Assembly (NCBI GenBank): GCA_035084275.1
Contig: CM068750.1
Location: 11,284,001-11,348,000, forward strand
Length of the DNA: 64,000 nucleotides
Direction: 5' to 3'
From: Hydrolagus colliei
Taxonomy: Eukaryota
Shown piece after piece: positions 12,361-59,519 of the stretch. Position numbers and translations under genes: made by a program. The number at the start of each line of letters is the position of its first letter. Position 1 is the first letter of the stretch. The notes under the pieces are model-generated. The model was not told the DNA's origin and did no database searches. It saw only the letters and a list, made by a program, of their open reading frames with translations.

Positions 12361-15300
12361 GGACTTACATAAACCTTCATGAAAATCATTCTAAGTTTCC
12401 TTTAGGAGGATTAATATTCTGCAAAAATGAGATCAAATCAGTGAAAGGGTCTTCTTCATCAATAACCTCCCATTTGATTATCCAGATTGATTTGAAAATA
12501 GAAGGGTTTGGTGTAATCAAAAAATGAAAAAAATCTGAAGGGCAAAATAATAATATGCTTAACAAATCAGAGGTATAAGAGATTAAGTCGATGTGTTTAC
12601 AGTTGTTGCAAATCCTGTGAAATATTAAATCAGTCATCTCACTTGCTGGAGGGCATTGCAGGTTTTACTGTGAAGATGGTTCACAAATGTTTTTACTGCA
12701 TTTGAAGGAATTCCAGTTTGATGACATTACTAGCTTCTTTATTCAAATGTCCTTCATTTATTTTGGGCGGGTGAATTATTTGAGTCATTGCACCACTCAT
12801 TAACATATTACATTTTCTTAGTTGGAAAGCTAAAACTGTGTTTCATAGGCTTAACGAAATGGGCAAATAAGTATCGAAAGTGTCGTTGATATAGTTGTAG
12901 AGCAGGTTAGATTTCAAATGTTTTGATCTGATGCAGGGTACTTTTTTTTAATGCATCAGATTTCTCATTAAAATTAGACTTTAGGATGGAGATTTCAAAC
13001 ATGACCCATCAGTTAGTATTTGTCAAACAGGACTTCTCAGTGTCCATAAACTGTATTTAATTGTTGACCAAACTTTTTTTTTAACCTCCATCTTGCTCTT
13101 AAAACTTTGCATTTATTTTCCCTTCCCCTATGATTCATGCTTGGCATACATGAGCATATGATTGATCACTTCATTCTTTATGTTATTCAACCTTCTAACC
13201 ATCATAGCCAAACCCTATCTGTTGCTCACCAAACACATTATCTCTACAAGGGACAGCAGTGAGTAATAGGAACACTATTGTTTTTTCCCTCATCCAGTCA
13301 CTGAGGTTTCAGCATAGACCACTTATAGAAACTGGGACTTTTATGGTCTGTTTGTGGGTTAGTATCATGTCATTTGATACATTAAACAACAGAGAGCTAA
13401 CAACTTTGCCTCTCCCATTGATATTATTCCACCTTCAATAACATGGCTAAAGCAGAACAAACTGAAGATTATTAAATTCACATCAGCCACACACTGATCA
13501 ATAAACAATACAAAATCAATAAACAGTTGAAACAAAAATGAGTTTGGCAGTATTTAAACATGCATTTTAACACATGTCTTTGTAACTTTAATGAAAGACT
13601 GGAATAGAATGAGATTCTAAGTGTGCTAGTGTGCTTTAGACAATTAATTGAAAGCATGGGGACAGTTGCTGTAATTCAATTCTAATACTGTACAGTCTAT
13701 TGGTGTAACATAAGATTTGAGAAGTGTTTTATCAGGTCCAAACATTTTTTAAATGCCACATACAATGAAATGTATGTGTGGGCGAACACATCCAAATATA
13801 TCAAAGCAGATGAAGAACAATTCAGCTTCCCAGCAGTAATGGCTTGCTCACAACTGTAGATCTGAGGAACAAATATTAAAAGGCTTGGTGAATGTGCCTC
13901 AGCTTGGTATGAGTTTGTAATTCTGTCCGCAACTCTGTCCCAAAATAGCTATCGTTCAAAGAACAGGAAAGTGAACTGTGGTATCTCTGTCTGAAAGGAC
14001 AAGTTCCTGTTTGTGCACAGGAAAACACTACTCTAAGCGCCATGATTAATTTCAACCATTGTGTTTTACAGGTATACAACAGATGTTTAAACCAACTCAA
14101 TAAAGCAAGTAGGGATTGTTCTAAACTAGCCAATATTGATCCCTATGCAAATAGACAGACAAACCCATTAGTCTGGGCTGATTTCAAACAAATGCAACTA
14201 TAATGCATTGTATTATAATTTTTTGTGCTTACTCATACCCAGGACTCAAACATTTTTTTTGCTGATATTCTGCTTGTTCAGGAGGGGTGAAAATACATTC
14301 AATGTGAAAGAAATGTCTGCAGATTTACTAGTAACTTATCTGCAACACAATAGGTACTGTTCTAGCACATGACATTTTAAAAAAGTTCAGGATGTGGTTA
14401 GACTTAAATATTCGTCCAAATAGACCAGGCGTCATCAAACCTGCGATGTCTGGAACTATTAAAAAAAAAGAACTAACCGTACTTCAGAAAGTTATTGAAC
14501 GTAAATTGCAGCTCCCTGTAACTGAAACCATATATAGGCAGAGCAAATACAATAACTGACAGATTGTGCGGGACTGCTGGCATTATTTAGTTAATTGAGT
14601 CATGTTTCATCCAGGAAATGTACTGAAAATCAAAATTCTCCTGAGATTGCATTGGTTATTGTTAAATATAATATTTTGTGGGTCACAAATTTAGATGAGG
14701 TACAAAGAAAATCTTCCCTCTACTGGTCTCTGCCTTACTCTCCACTGTGCTATGCCATTCTCTGTACTGTGTTGTACCAAGGGAAAAAGAAATGAAAATA
14801 GGAAGAGAATTCCATTCCCAATTATGGCCATCTCTTGAAAAACAGAGTTCCACTTCTGACTGGAGGAAAATTGATTGCAACTGAGTAGCTTCATGTACTG
14901 ATACCTTCACTCTTGGCTTAATTGCATTATGTAGAGGTGAATATTCACAAAGGAAAGCAGTTAGATATTTCTATCAATCAACTTCTGCCATGATGTTATT
15001 GCTAACATCATCTTGAACAATGCCATTTGGTTGAGATATTTGGAGTCCATAAAACCTCATCTCATGAATTCCAAATACATCGTTATTTTCAAAATGCCTT
15101 CATGAGGGGTGGAAAAGCGATTAAAAATATAGAAAAGTACCACCAACACGAGGAACTCTAATCCTATCAATTTGCAAAACACAGCATTCCCAACTTGCTA
15201 ATATTGTTGCAAAGTATAGGGTTGAAGCCAGACATCCCTGGAACTGCCCATTTTGGTATTTGAATGATTCCCAGGTGTGTGCACGCGTATGAGAGAGAGA

Positions 15301-15517
15301 GAAAGAGACTCATACACACACAGTATGTGCATGGGGACAACAATCAAAATAGGAGGAAAACATAATAGAAAAAGTGAGAGAATAAAATGAGCAAATTAGC
15401 TTTATTTCTCAGTAAAATTACAAAAGAAATTGTTAGCAATTATGCATATTTGGTTATTCTGTACAATTTACAATTGTATTATACACAACGTGTAATTCAT
15501 CTATCAGTAATTCAGTA

Positions 15518-16472
15518 CAGGTAGACCCCGCTTACCGAACACCCAGTTACCGAAACTTCACTATAACGAGGATTTCTATTTGCACCACTTCTCTGCTTAA
15601 CAAACACTGCATTCGCTATAACGAATGTTTACACACACTTTAAATCTCGCGGGCTTCTCGTGCGCAGCGTCTCATGCGCAGCTTCTCTCTGGTTGCCCCA
15701 GCAACACGCACTCGGTCTTCAGCGTGCCTCAGTTAAGCAGTGCAGTGCAGCCCCTCCCATATGGAAGGAGCTTAAGCGGCAGGATGCTTCGTGGCTTCAA
15801 TAATAGTAAGTTGAGATGGAGAGATAGAGAGGAGGGGGATAGAGAGATGGGGGGGAATAAAGAGGGAGGGGAGGGGGGATAGAGAGGAGGTAGGATAGAG
15901 AGGAAGGGGAGGGGGAGGGAGGGAAGGGGAGGGGGAGGGAGGGGAGGGGAGAAAAGAGAGGGAGAAGAGGGGGGGATAGAGAGATAGAGAGGATGGTGGG
16001 ATAGATAGAGAGGGGGGAGGGGAATAGAGAGGGAGGGGGGGGGGATAGAGAGATAGAGAGGGTGGGGGGCGGGGTAGAGAGAAAGAGAGGAGGGAAGGGT
16101 AGAGAGAAAGAGAGGAGGGGGAGGAAGAAAGAAGTGTGTCCCGAGTCTGGAAATGCCTGGGTCCAGATTGTGATATTTCGGTGCAGTGACTGTGAAGACC
16201 TGGCCTGGAGCGGGTAGGATTGGCGTTTTTATTCCTGCAATTTTTGTCACATTCCGGAACTCCGGACTTTTGGCTGCTCAACCTGTACACCGAAAATGTT
16301 AGCGCTAGGAACCGCTAGGAACTAAACTGATGTTAGCGGGGAGGTTCGGGTCGGGGCTGCGTTTTGGTTGCGGCCAAATACAGAAATATAGTTAAACTCT
16401 CGCTCAATTAAATTTTCGCTGAACGAGGGTTTTTTAAAATTCCTAACCGCTTCGTTAAGCGGAGTCTACCTG
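15518..16472. mobile_element. Non-autonomous Tigger/pogo-like element (955 bp) with a nested MITE fragment and purine-rich tract
   Basis: TA flanks; TIRs CAGGTAGACCCCGCTTACCGAA / TTCGTTAAGCGGAGTCTACCTG. Segment 16139-16287 ends CTCAACCTG-TA and partly resembles the element at 62494. Confidence 0.85.
15812..16135 (+). repeat. GA-rich low-complexity tract
   Basis: Nearly pure A/G with GATAGAGAG-like units. Confidence 0.9.
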
Positions 16473-17379
16473 TACTTCGAACTGCCATAAAGCTAAAGCA
16501 CTGGAACCAATCATTTGGCAGCTAGCAGATAGTTTTTTGTAACAATATTTTTGGGATTTAGATTTTCAGTATTAAGAATACTGAGCTGTGAACACTATAC
16601 ACACAATACTTGCTCTGCAGTTAACACTGGCATATTCAGGTCTGGCTGGCACTAACAGCCAGTTCCATTACGCAGTTAAATTCATTGTTATTTTACGATC
16701 CATTGTTACAAATACATTCTGCTCAAGTTTTACTTTTATGTACAGACCACAGATTTAATATTGCATCACCTAAGTTATCCCATTTATTTAAAAAAATAGT
16801 ACTGTAGTGCAATTATCTTTCTAAGAAGTTAGTATTTGCTGGTTGCATTTTATGGTGTAGAATATTCAACCTTGTCCATCACAGTAGGCATTTATGAATT
16901 CCAGCATTAAGATAGCAATATTTTAAGTTAAAAAATCATATAAAATTCCCTTTAACATTATTAATCATATTTGTTTACTTGAAGGTTAAGCACTGTATAA
17001 CAAGCCATACCAAATCTATGAGATCTAATGTCTGAACATGTTTTTCCAAGTGTTATTTGGGTAGATCACCAAAGAAAGAGAACAGCGCAGCAAATGGTAA
17101 AAATAAAATACACTTCATAAAATTAAATGCTTGTTGTAAACAAGTGGCATATTGAACACTTTAAAATATTTGCCCATATATACACACAAGTTTACAGTTT
17201 TAATCTAAATAAACAAACAAGGTTGATTACTGTAATGAATGGATGGATTATGCTTGGTGAGGTTTCGTAGATAAGTTCCTGCAATTATAATGAAATAAAC
17301 CCTGCATGCTTTTACGTGATTTCATTTGGTATGGCTTATTTTCTTTTACTAATTGTCAAACTGATTCCTACAGCTACTG

Positions 17380-51786
<34,407 letters not shown>

Positions 51787-52579
51787 TCAACTGGAGCCTT
51801 CTTCCAAAATTCGTGAAAACTTCACAAGCCACAACAAAGGGAAATGAAAAATGTCTGCATCTCTTCAACTCCTGAAACACAAACAGGAAAATGATTTACC
51901 GACAGTCCAATGCTAAAATAGGAACAAAGAACTGTCACCGGATCAATATTAAAATATGTTACCCCAGAAAGAAATCAGATGAAATTCTTTATTTCAAGAG
52001 ATTCTCCTAAAGGTATTTTAAACATACAAAGTTGAGGAAAATGCCAACCAGAAATCATTTAAAATACAAAACACATCTCATACATCGCTTCCAGTAAAAT
52101 CTACTATGCATTATTTCACTTTCATTATTAAAATCAAGTCTGATAACCTGCTGCTGCCTGGAATGTACACAAGAACTCAGTGTATTTTGAGATTTGTTTC
52201 CCCAATTGAGCTCAATATCCTGAACATCCAATGTTAAATAACTGAGCCAAAAAACAAATACTTATTAATCATGCAGTGTGAATTATTTTTAAAAAGATTA
52301 CAAAGTCAAAGAGTTGACTACTCCATAAGATTTGAAATGGCACGTCAACTGTAACATTTAAGAGGTAGGTTGATGAGTTTTTGCTTTGCTGTGGTATTAA
52401 GTGATATGGTGAAAGGGCAGGGAAATTATATTAAGTTACAAATCAGCCATGATGCAATAAAACAGACCTGCAAACATGAAAACCTGAATAGTTGACTATG
52501 TGCTTTCGTGCTTATGTCATTGGAAGATATTGGATATTAATACAGAAAAAACACCAGGACTGCAGCAATGAGCATATTA

Positions 52580-52735
52580 CAGTAAAAGCCTGTTTATCCG
52601 GCACCCGATCAATTGTAACTTCCGTATAACCGGCATCGCCAAAAAAAGGTCCGCATTCGATTCCAGAATTTATCTGGAAAAATGCATTAAATTATTTTAT
52701 TAAATTTTTTTTGCGTTTTCAGCTGAATATCCGCC
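52580..52735. mobile_element. MITE family A, 3'-truncated copy (another internal fragment at about 54575-54670)
   Basis: TA-CAGTAAAAGCCTGTTTATCCGG left end; right TIR missing. Confidence 0.8.
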
Positions 52736-53271
52736 GACTGACTTGGGAGGCCCACGGCCAGGCGAGTAGAGCCGGCCGACTCCACCCGGCTGGCCGCAGG
52801 GTCAGGAGGCCTCCGGCCAGGCGGGTGGAGTCGACCGACCGACCGTTCCCCAAGTCCAAACAACTTCACTCTCTCAGCTCAAACTATTGGAACAGAAATG
52901 ATTAGACCTCATCTTACAGTGCCTACTACAGTGGAAAACCTCAATGTCTGTGTTCCTACATTCCGTGCTGACCAACTCTATCATCAACCCTTTCTATGTG
53001 ATCCACATTAATCTAACAACATCTCCCTCGTCCTGTCCTCATCAAACCTCAGCCTCTGTTTCTAACCGTCTCGGCCTACAATGTGATCCAGAGATTGGCT
53101 CATATGTGTTCGGATGTAGAACATCCTGCATGGAGTCCACACAGTGATGCCAAACCTCTGGACTGTAGAAAAATGCCAAAGAGAGAGAAAAAGTGTAGTA
53201 GCTTTAGTTGCCACCGTAAGGTTTCCACTATTACACTCACCTGATATTCCACGAATCCTGAGGTGGTAGAG

Positions 53272-53649
53272 CACTGGTTCCCAACCTTTTTTTGCTGCTA
53301 CCCAAATTGATCACCAGCAGATCCTGGTGACCCAAACTTTTTTTGCTGCAATCTAAATTAGCCTCCAATAGGTCCTCCCACCCCTAGGGGGCGTTATCAC
53401 GCCTGAAGCTCAGCCAAAACGTCATCTGTCTCTTTTGTGCACTAAGTGCAACTTATAAGTACACTCTTTATACAAATTGTTCAGCAATGTCGCCTCGGGT
53501 GCTTTTTTAAATTGAAATTTTTTTAAAGCGTTATAAAAGCATTTTCAAAGTTTTTAAAAAAAGCAACAACAAAAAATTGTGATGACCCTTTGCAATCCTA
53601 CTGAGGACTCCCGCTGATTTGGGTCGGGACCCGAGGTTGGGAACCACTG
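53272..53649. mobile_element. hAT-Charlie-like MITE
   Basis: TIRs CACTGGTTCCCAACC / GGTTGGGAACCACTG; 8-bp TSD TGGTAGAG / TGCTAGAG, close to the Charlie NTCTAGAN preference. Confidence 0.85.
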
Positions 53650-53724
53650 TGCTAGAGGCTCAGCAAAAGAAAAATGGTGTGAGTTTCAGTCGTCAATGTA
53701 CTGTTCCAACCAGCACAGACTTAC

Positions 53725-53857
53725 CTTTGGTTGACGGCCGAGGTAAAGCCCAGAGGTGAACAAGGTCATAGGCATGGACAGATTCCAGGTCAACTTCTGA
53801 ATAACTGAGGAGATCCAGCCAAGCAAGAACCGGCAGAAAGGAGCCTCCTTGTCAAAC
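53725..53857 (-). other. Candidate alternative 5' UTR exon of HEATR5A (133 nt)
   Basis: Acceptor CATTTGCAG|G and consensus donor AAG|GTAAGT; no transcript evidence available. Confidence 0.4.
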
Positions 53858-56800
53858 CTGCAAATGATGAAACTGAGTGAGAAAAATCATCCATAAATAC
53901 AACAAATCAGTCAAATCATCAACAACGATCGATCCCACAGGGCTCCCATTACCCAAGGTTCAGATTATTTCCCTTCACCACCACAGAAAAACACCATTGC
54001 ATGTGATTTACAGTCCACCCGAAGGACAATTGCAGACTTTCAGCCCTGAACTGACTCAACCACCTACTCAAGGCAAGGACCAGAACCCACTAAGCCAAGT
54101 TAACAATTCAGCCAAGTCAACAATCCCAATCTCATCTCCACCCAAATCGCTTTGACCACTGCACTAACCCAGTCTGTACAGGAACCAACTCGTGGCAGCT
54201 ACAGTGACCCAGCCCCAGCAAAGACCGACTTTCGGCAGCTACACATTGCCAGCCGCTAGCAAACCAGCCATGCAAACAGCTCCTGGTGGCAACTGACTCA
54301 AGAGAACTGCACTGAGCCAGGCCTGACAGACTCTAACCCTCCATAACTGCCCACGACCAACCTTAGCAAACAGACACCAACTCTGCCCCTGCACTGAAGA
54401 AACTAGCACTTGACCACTGGCCCTGACAAAAACTAACTCTCACCCACCAAACTGAGCCAACATTCACAAACACCATCTCTGGGCAAATAAACTCAACCAA
54501 CCTTCACACAACTACTCTACATTCTCCAAGTACAAACAAATTTACTCTCTTATCTCATCTTAAACTATTGCAACGGAAATGGTCTGCATTCAATTAACCA
54601 GAATTTATCCAGAAAAACGCATTAATTTATTTATTTTTTGTTTTCGGCCGATTATCCGGCACACGCATTGAAAACATGAAGAGAGCTATATCAAATGCAA
54701 GGATTATTATCATCATTACAAAAAAACTAAAGTTGAGCTATATATCACTCATCTTTTCAGCCAATACTCACCATAATGTATTGTTGGCAACATCCCACTT
54801 ATTCAGCAATCTTATTGGCTGCTGTGTTTCATCCACAAAATATATAGTTGCTACAGTTACAGTATATTCTGTGAAGCGCTTTGAGTATGATTATAACTGT
54901 GAACAGATTTCAAAATTTCACTATTCCCTCCATGTGAAGAGTTTTTCTTCACTTTCCCATCCATAAATAAAATCATTAAAAACAATTTGCAAATACTTTC
55001 AATAGGAATAACACGAATTTTCTGCATAGTCACCATCTTCTTCAATTAATCATGTAAGCTTTAAGGTTACGTTAAAATTCCCTTAAACAACTTCATTCTA
55101 AGTGAGTCACAGATTCAACATCACAGTGTTTCCATTTAGCAATAGACCAGTAATGTAAATGGGTGTTAAAAATATAATACATATGTCAATTAGTAAATGG
55201 CTAAAGGGAACAAAGCAAAGATTTATCGTAAAGGTAGCAAAGTCAAATGGGGCTGCTCCAAGTATAAATACCCCAGATTCATCCTTAGTCCAAGATAGTT
55301 ACATTTTCAGATGTAGCAGTGTCTAGTGCAATAGGCAATTGTGACTTGCCTACAGTATGTACAGAATAATAAAATGAGAAATCAAGTACAGAAACACTTA
55401 ACAATTAATGATTCCCCTAGAAGCAGCAGTGCCAGAAAAGCATGGAAAAATTATTGCAAGACCTCTTTCCTTCTCAATTTCAATGGCTGAAAGGGTATGT
55501 AATCTTTTAATAAGATTTCAGGCTCTTAGCGTGGCCATTTTTCATGCGACAGCTCAGGGAGGGCATATCAGCCGACCGTTAGACAGGGAGAAAAGCGGGG
55601 CATAAACTCACACCAAATGACAGTTGCCTTTTAATAAAATTATCATGAAAGCAAAATATAGAGTTTCACAAATGAGCATAACTCTCATATCAGTCAAGAC
55701 AAAAAATCTTCAGGAATCAACATCCATATTACCAGCTCCACATTGTCACACATAGAGACTGAAGGCACTTTTAGTTTCAAAATCACTACAGCAGAATTGC
55801 ACATTTTAAGACTGCATTGCACTACATTGCAATAGTCATTACTCCGTTGCATGTGTAATTGCCCCAGAGATGTTCAGCTCTAGAAGATGTACTAACCAAG
55901 TATCAATTTTCTTTCGATATAAAGAAGATTCAAAGAAAGAAAAGTTATTGTTTTGATAGAAAAATAGGTGCGGAAAACATTGAGTGGAAAGAAACAATTC
56001 TGATGCGTTGCCAAGCAAACTTGTGGCCGTTCTTTGAAGGCTGATATTGCATGCTTGATTAGGTTGATGTCTGCAGTAATATAGGGCTACTCGGAACCCA
56101 TAAAACCTATCTGTATGCCAATCAAGTTCCATAAAAAAATCATGATAGGCAAGGAATTAAAAAGTACGTCAACATTTCTTGCAGCTGGCCAAAGTTATTC
56201 CTCAAATTCAGAATCTGTAATGTGTTAAAACCAATAGCTGAATAAATAAACTAATACAGTAGTAATATTTCCATAATCTTAGGACATACAATAACTGCAT
56301 TAAAAATCATTTCATCCAACATTAGTTCCGCCCTCAGCAGTCTAAGAAATCTTCCCCTTCATTCAGTGTCACTTGTGATGGTTCCATTTTTGTCAACTGC
56401 ACTGCCTAATGATTTAAACAAGATTAACAATTACCTCAGACTACAAATAAACTCACTAATCTATCTAGAAAGCTGGTAGTCTCAGAAATTATTTAAAATC
56501 AGTTGCAGCATCATTTGCAATAAAAAATCCCTCCAGCATGCTCCTCATTAAAATTATTCCTGGGGGAACATTTACTCCAATTGTGCAACAATTCAAATGC
56601 CAGTTTCCGAAGGCAATAATATTCTTCATAAGTGCTCATCACACTCAAGTAATTTCTCCCACAATGTACCACTCGAGCACCCTCAAAAAGTCTAAGTGAA
56701 GCAAAATATTCAGTGCTATGCTCAACTAATGATTGTCTTCATAAGGTAAATCTGAACTCTTGTTCTTTTCACCAGCTGTACTATGAAGGGACTATGGAAC

Positions 56801-59519
56801 CAATTGGTTAAACTAACTCAACAAACGGTATACTCCAAAGCTGAAATTGAGCATCAAATTGTCATAGATTCCAAAGCTATTTAACTTATTTACTCATCCT
56901 TTACTTGACTGAATTCAGAAAATAATTAGATTTCCTTTTCCCAGTATCAGAAGATCATCAGTCAAAAGCTAGTTATCTGGCCGACATTCCCCTGAGTATC
57001 ATTCGACTGATTTGCTCTGTAAGATGCCAGGGTTGTGTGTGTGTGTGAGAGAGAGAGGAACCATCATTTCATCCATCTCCAGATGATAGGAAAAGACTGG
57101 TGCCACTTCCTCTTTGGACCAAAGTTTGAGATTCATTTCTTCAACGTGCAGAATATACATTCCAACACAAAAGGTTTTGTTGATAGATCAAAATGGTAAC
57201 ATCAGACACAAATTCTGGACCAGCAACCTGCGAAACAAGCCATAGTTCTTGTGGCTAATCCTGAGTCCCATACAATGAAAACAAATATTGGTACTCAAAC
57301 ATCCTAGTGCTTCAGTGGCTAAAAAGCAGCCACACTGAAGCAATAAAATAATCATGACAGCTACCTACCAGAAATCATATGTTTCTGCAATGAAGTCAGT
57401 CACTGAGCTATCATACCCCTCCCTTTTTTATGTCCATTAATAAATCAAGAGCTGCAAAAAGATCTGGTCAAAAGTAAATACAGTCTGTGGAAAACAAAGC
57501 ATGGTGCAAACTGTAAATTTAGAGAATACAAGAAATTTCTGAAAGCTTTTAATATTAAAAGTGAGACCCTTTTGGGTCACTTCAGTTACAGGAGCTCAAT
57601 AAATGCGCTTGCCCTATTCTTATGGGCAAGGAAATATTATAACCCCTTGGCGAGGGAAACATGGAGAGGTCAGATTTATAATTTACTATGCTGGGGGCCT
57701 ATATATTCTTCATAATTCAAATTACAATCTGAATTCAAACTCGCCAAAAATAGGAGGATTAATGATATCAGTGGCTGTGGTGCACCGTTGACACAGAAGC
57801 AGTAATTGTGCTCGCTGTGAAGCTCGTAGGTGTGTAGGTGTCACTATACCAGATATCCATTTCAAGCACATGTGAACAGGTCCTATTTCACTAATATAAA
57901 TATTTTAGAAGAATCTGTCCCCAAATCAATTGCATGCTTTTCAAATTGTTCTCCTCCTGATTATATATTAACAGAAATATCTGCAAACCACATCCCACTG
58001 ATGTAATAAGAAACTAGATGAGGCATCAACTCTATTACTCTATTAGTAAATCTTGCAAGCTGCATTTTCCCCAAATGCTACTTGGCAAAAAGGTTCAAAG
58101 CAAGATCAAATTACTACATGGAAGAAACGAGAAGAAAACCTTCTGCACAGATCTGGGAATCTGATTGTTTGCTCAAAAATAAAGCACAGCTTACCATTAT
58201 TCTTACCATTGCCACGGCTTGTATCGAAACAAGGAGTTGCAATAACGCAGTGGTTCATTTTTTTTTCAGATTGCCCCCTCCAGATAAAATCGACGGAATA
58301 TCCGTCCACATTAGGGAGTTGTTAGGGAGTTCTACCCCTGGCTCGGTCCCGGGATCCGCTACTGTGACGCGCTCTGAGACGCTGTCCGGCGTGGAGGGCG
58401 CTTACATAAATCTAAGTTATTGTTGTTGTTGTGAGGATTTATTAGGATTTAAAATGCTGTTGATGACTCTCCAGCATTGTTGCTGCAGGATTGGGACGTC
58501 CTCCCGACGTGAAAGGCGCTCTATAAATGTAATTTGTTGTTGTTGTTTGTTGATTCCCTTTGGAGTGATTCCCGCCCCCTGGAAAACCACCTGTTGCAGC
58601 ACATTGGGAAGTCGCCCTTGGAGCAGTGAAGAGCGAGTTTCACAGAATAAATAAAATACTGGGATCAGAAATGGCACCTTTCCGTTCTCAGAAAGCAGCC
58701 GAGGTTTGTTTTCGGTTCAATTCCCATGAGATTCACTCAGCTCTCCACCCCCACTTGTGTGCTGATAAAGTATCACCCAAGTCATTGTTGATAAAAACAA
58801 ATAGACCAGCAGCCTGAGTGTTTTATCCACCAGGTTTGGAAGCGCAGTCAGATCCCACGGCTTTCTAGGACAATGTGGGAAAGTGGTTCTGATACCATTA
58901 TGTTACAAGATTACAAACAAAACACTTCCTCGCTGGAAATGGTCTGCGAATTATTTAATCCAGTTAATACGCTTTGGCTCCGAATTAAGGCATCTGCTCC
59001 GGCTCACCACGCCCAGAGTCCAATGAATTAGCATTTCCCTCGGTTCAAAAAGTGATTGAATATTAGAAGTAATAATAATACTAATCGTTGACAACCTCTC
59101 CGGGCGCCCCAAACTTCCCACTGCGTATTTTGCAAGCGAATTTCTAGTTACAATACGTCCACATCACACACGATTTGTGAACTGGATGTTTGCTGAACGG
59201 AATATCGCCACCGCCACTGTAAAGGGCGCACCCGTGAACAAGTGCGTGGATCGGTAAATACAATCTTGTCCTAATTGTAAACCGACTTTGAAGATCAGTT
59301 GCAAAGCCAAACCTTTCTTTATACGTTGTGACGACGATTTAAGAACCCCCCCCCCACTAAACAGACACAACATACCCGTGATGAAGGGTCAGACCTGAAG
59401 CGTTAAACTCTTGTCTCTTTCACGGTGCCGCCGATCGACTGATTTCATTTGCTTTACTTAATCTAAACGGTGGAGTCAGTGCATTTCTCGGTGTGTTTTT
59501 AACGGGGATCCCACTTGAA

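Noticed and set aside
15729-16290. 172-173 aa Pro/Ser/Leu-rich ORFs
   Set aside because: They are translations of the GA-rich tract inside a non-autonomous transposon; no transposase motifs.
58082-58654. 190-aa plus-strand ORF, the longest in the track
   Set aside because: It runs through two retroelement tails and (GTT)n repeats; a chance fusion with no domain.
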